IMG/VR virus record: IMGVR_UViG_3300032218_003043
Span: 1-25,146 of that record
Source: a virus
Taxonomy: Duplodnaviria; Caudoviricetes
Strand: one strand, 5' to 3'
DNA length: 25,146 nt
Shown one piece after another: positions 22,378 to 25,146 of this stretch (position 1 is its first letter; each line of letters opens with the position of its first letter). Under the pieces are notes generated by a model. It ran no database searches, was not told where the DNA came from, and saw only the letters and a list, made by a program, of their open reading frames with translations. The position numbers and the translations under genes are program-made.

Positions 22378-24237
22378 TTATGAAATCTCACAAGCACCAC
22401 CAGCGCAAGCGACTTGCTCACTTAGGCTAGTCTTGTCGCTAATCTCTACAATTTTTGCGACATCCAAAGCGTTACAATTTGTAACGAGTTGCTCGTATTG
22501 CTCCTTTGTAATGCTTTCGAATGGAGTCTGTTGATACGATCCTAAGTCTTTAGGTAAGAAGGAAAGACCATTGTAGTGGTTTTGATTTTCCCATAACCAT
22601 TCTCCTACCATTGCCCACTCGTTTTTCTTCAGCGTAACTGTTGCACTGACGTTATGAGTGTTTTCTCCTGCTATGTGGCCAGGTTTGATCCATTTCTCGT
22701 GGATTAACTTCACCCTCTCTAGGAATTGAATAGCACTCTCTGAGCCCCTTGTAATAGCCCCTTGTGGAGCAGATACAGGAACAGATACAACCGATTGATT
22801 CTGTGGAGACATTACATCGTCCTCAAGCAATTCTGGATGATATACCGATAGGTATGTATATAAAGCCTCGTTCTTACCCAAACGGATTCTGCGCAAGTAG
22901 TATTGGTCATGCCAAGCGTGTACCCCAGAAGATGTTCCTAAGACCAAAGAAGAGGTTCCTGATGGCTTAACACAAGTGATTCTGTAAGCACTTTTAATTC
23001 CAATTTCATCGGCAGTACTTCTATTGACTCTATAAGCAACCTCAGCAGCTTCTGGCATATCTAATTCAAGAACTTTGCCCGATGCAATACCCGTCATTCC
23101 GATTCCCAATAATGCTTCTCTCTCCGTTACTTCTTTCCACTCTTGTCTGAGGTAATGAAAATCAGTATAAGAGGCTTGGAGCGTTCCAATAAAGGCTGCT
23201 GCGGCTGTTCTTTCTTCGTAGTCATGCTGATCGATTAAATCGGAGGCATTGATTTCTACAAGGTTACAGAACTGAAAAGAATTCAAAGAAATCTCACAGC
23301 AAGGATTCGTACCCAATTCAATATCATTGGTGAAATAGAAACCCGGTTCGCCAGAGTTACTTAGTTCAACCTTCTTCCATAAATCCAAAAAGTCGCTTTT
23401 AGTGACAGCACCATTCCTTTTGATAACGGCACTGTTGTTAGAACGACCACGTTGAGGATTTAACTCCCACCAATTACCAAACTTTGAAGTCAACATTGTT
23501 TCATCATTGTAATCAAACAAAGAAATCATTGCTGACCTACGGATTCCACCGCTTAGTACAGCATTTGCAATGTGACATAGGATATCGTGGCACTCTAAGG
23601 ATGATAGTTGTTCTCCATCTTGTTTGCGTTCGAGAATGCTTTCGATATGCATTAAACAAATCTTCAAAGGCTCTGGACCTGGAGCAACCCCACCACTTGT
23701 AATTAGTCTCTCCCCCTTTGCACGGATGGCACGATAATCAAAATTGGGTTTCCATTTGCTGAGACCCAAATAAGACTTCATCAAAACCTTAATTGAATCG
23801 GCCCATCCCTCAATGTTATCAGGAATTAAATATCTCCGATTGGTTTTTGCTTTTTGTACGGCTGGCAATTTAGCCACGTGATGCCTTTGAACCGAATAGC
23901 CAACGCCTGTACCAGACAATAATAAAAACATCGTCTCATTAAATGCCCTATAGTCATCAATGTGCAGATAACTACAATTGAATAGGCGAGCATTGTTGAC
24001 CTCAATCGGCTTACCGCCAAACTGAAGTGAGCGCATAGACGGAAGAACTTTTTTGTCATATACAAATTTGTAAGCGTTTTTGATTTCTGATTCTAATTTA
24101 GGAAACTTACGAATGTGCATCTGCATATTGCGATCCACAATCTCTTTCCATGTTTCTCTCCTCTGTAAACTTTCTTGAAACTTGGCGTACTTAGACCATA
24201 CTACAACGTCAGATAAAATTTTGTGTTCTATATTCAT
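22378..24237 (-). CDS. nrdJ: Class II (adenosylcobalamin-dependent) ribonucleotide reductase, monomeric RTPR type
   Basis: LPSMRSL, FNCSY, TNPCCEI active-site loop, KPSGT, C-terminal CAGGAC redox pair; no beta-subunit gene adjacent. Confidence 0.88.
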   Translation of the reverse strand: MNIEHKILSDVVVWSKYAKFQESLQRRETWKEIVDRNMQMHIRKFPKLESEIKNAYKFVYDKKVLPSMRSLQFGGKPIEVNNARLFNCSYLHIDDYRAFNETMFLLLSGTGVGYSVQRHHVAKLPAVQKAKTNRRYLIPDNIEGWADSIKVLMKSYLGLSKWKPNFDYRAIRAKGERLITSGGVAPGPEPLKICLMHIESILERKQDGEQLSSLECHDILCHIANAVLSGGIRRSAMISLFDYNDETMLTSKFGNWWELNPQRGRSNNSAVIKRNGAVTKSDFLDLWKKVELSNSGEPGFYFTNDIELGTNPCCEISLNSFQFCNLVEINASDLIDQHDYEERTAAAAFIGTLQASYTDFHYLRQEWKEVTEREALLGIGMTGIASGKVLELDMPEAAEVAYRVNRSTADEIGIKSAYRITCVKPSGTSSLVLGTSSGVHAWHDQYYLRRIRLGKNEALYTYLSVYHPELLEDDVMSPQNQSVVSVPVSAPQGAITRGSESAIQFLERVKLIHEKWIKPGHIAGENTHNVSATVTLKKNEWAMVGEWLWENQNHYNGLSFLPKDLGSYQQTPFESITKEQYEQLVTNCNALDVAKIVEISDKTSLSEQVACAGGACEIS

Positions 24238-24239
24238 AA

Positions 24240-24638
24240 TTAAAATGCTTTTCCGTGTTTGTAGCCTCTAAGAGAATTGTACTTCATCTTCAACTCGATA
24301 TGTTTCTCAAGGTCAATGTTCATACCTCCGCAAAGGTCAAACAAACGGATAGCAACATCGGCAACTTCATCTTCGAAAGATGATTTGATTTTCTCCTCGA
24401 ATAAAGATTTCCAAATTCCAATGTCCATCTTGAACTCCTCATCGTAGTTATTCAATTCTAAATCTTTCTGTAATCCATCAGCAATGGATTTTTCTGCGTA
24501 GTGACCTTTACGCAGTGCTTCTTGGGCTTCTGCTAGTTCACTAACAATTAACATTAACATCTCGGAGACGTTTCTTTCCGTGTCCCAAAAGCCTTTATCT
24601 TTGGCTACTTGGTGTGCTTTCTTAACTAAATCTTTCAT
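24240..24638 (-). CDS. MazG-like NTP pyrophosphohydrolase
   Basis: SELAEAQEA and EDEVADVAIR acidic motifs; C-terminal KMKYN..R.YKHGK. Confidence 0.85.
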   Translation of the reverse strand: MKDLVKKAHQVAKDKGFWDTERNVSEMLMLIVSELAEAQEALRKGHYAEKSIADGLQKDLELNNYDEEFKMDIGIWKSLFEEKIKSSFEDEVADVAIRLFDLCGGMNIDLEKHIELKMKYNSLRGYKHGKAF

Positions 24639-24644
24639 AAGGGC

Positions 24645-24679
24645 TACAAATATAATCTGAGACCGAATGAGAAAGCAAA
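24645..24679 (-). promoter_or_regulatory. Consensus Bacteroidota promoter for the MazG-like/nrdJ unit (-33 TTTG, 21-nt spacer, -7 TATATTTG)
   Basis: TTTG at 24679-24676, TATATTTG at 24654-24647; ATG 8 nt downstream. Confidence 0.7.
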
Positions 24680-24687
24680 TTAAATTA

Positions 24688-24963
24688 TTATTTTTTTGTT
24701 GACTTACCGTTTTGTCCGTTACGGGCCCGGTTCTTACTTGTGCTTTCTAGTACCATCTTGCCACTCTTGGTATGCGATAAGTCTTTTCCAGCAGCGTGAC
24801 GCTTGCCGTAAATGCCACGTTTACGAGCCTCTTTAGTTAACTCGACTCTTCTAGCAACCTCTTCAGGTTTTTTATTGTATGCGGCTTGAATGGCAATATT
24901 ACGACCTGTGGCCTTAGTGCTTCCAGGCTTCTTGCTCTTTCCAACTATTTTATTTTTTGGCAT
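24688..24963 (-). CDS. Basic protein with a degenerate HNH-like motif; start moved to ATG 24963
   Basis: GKDLSH...LES.SKNRARNG. Confidence 0.6.
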   Translation of the reverse strand: MPKNKIVGKSKKPGSTKATGRNIAIQAAYNKKPEEVARRVELTKEARKRGIYGKRHAAGKDLSHTKSGKMVLESTSKNRARNGQNGKSTKK

Positions 24964-25057
24964 CTCTTCTTTCAATTATTTCTCCTATGAGGTAGGATAT
25001 TCCTATTGTAAAGGTAACAAATAATAACCCGAATAGGAATCCTTGTAACATCATCAT
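24950..25057 (-). CDS. Small single-TM protein (about 35 aa, not in ORF track)
   Basis: MMMLQGFLFGLLFVTFTIGISYLIGEIIERRDAKK; ATGA overlap with the upstream ORF. Confidence 0.55.
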   Translation of the reverse strand: MMMLQGFLFGLLFVTFTIGISYLIGEIIERRDAKK

Positions 25058-25146
25058 TTCTTTTTAGCAGTCTTGGCAGATTGTTTAAATGCCTTTGCAG
25101 TCGGAGCCCCTTTAGTGCCCGGCTTTCTCATTACTTCTCCGCTGCC
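25054..25146 (-). CDS. Partial small basic phage protein (3' end only)
   Basis: ...GSGEVMRKPGTKGAPTAKAFKQSAKTAKKK-stop; continues beyond the window. Confidence 0.65.
   Translation of the reverse strand, partial: GSGEVMRKPGTKGAPTAKAFKQSAKTAKKK

Noticed and set aside
2086-24065. Antisense or out-of-frame ORFs in the track (e.g. 2086-2334, 3953-4315, 5872-6132, 10044-10340, 20368-20661, 22764-22970, 23826-24065)
   Set aside because: They lie within better-supported genes on the other strand or frame and show no recognisable motifs.
13126-24237. Stop-codon reassignment, inteins or introns in the large genes (as seen in some crAss-like phages)
   Set aside because: Primase-helicase, polymerase, terL and RNR are all uninterrupted in the standard code and of ordinary length.

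Overview
A 25-kb segment of a tailed dsDNA phage genome whose host is most likely a Bacteroidota species. Host evidence: TAnnTTTG -7 / TTTG -33 promoters and A-rich, Shine-Dalgarno-less start regions. Layout: (1) 1-1430 is a non-coding, probably genome-end/control region with C-tract repeats, two GAA-triloop DNA hairpins, GC-rich 4-nt-periodic blocks, three dyadic IHF-consensus sites and a highly structured RNA-like leader. (2) 1433-17237 is a + strand arm of small early genes (two short C5-methyltransferase-like proteins, FlbD-like pair, DUF1281-like, serine recombinase, DnaA-domain-IV protein, GH73), followed by a Twinkle/T7-gp4-type primase-helicase and a family B DNA polymerase. (3) 17227-25146 is a convergent - strand arm with terminase large subunit, a degenerate amidase, DUF3310, GIY-YIG homing endonuclease, a u-spanin-like lipoprotein, class II ribonucleotide reductase and a MazG-like protein. 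The most unusual signals are non-coding: two covarying tRNA-top-half mimics ending in CCA just before early start codons; an 8-bp motif CTGAGNCC found 23 times (about 1 expected); a tiled array of different operator-like palindromes; and a promoter-driven small RNA complementary to an early-gene start region, followed by a second structured RNA. All protein calls come from motif recognition by eye, not database searches.
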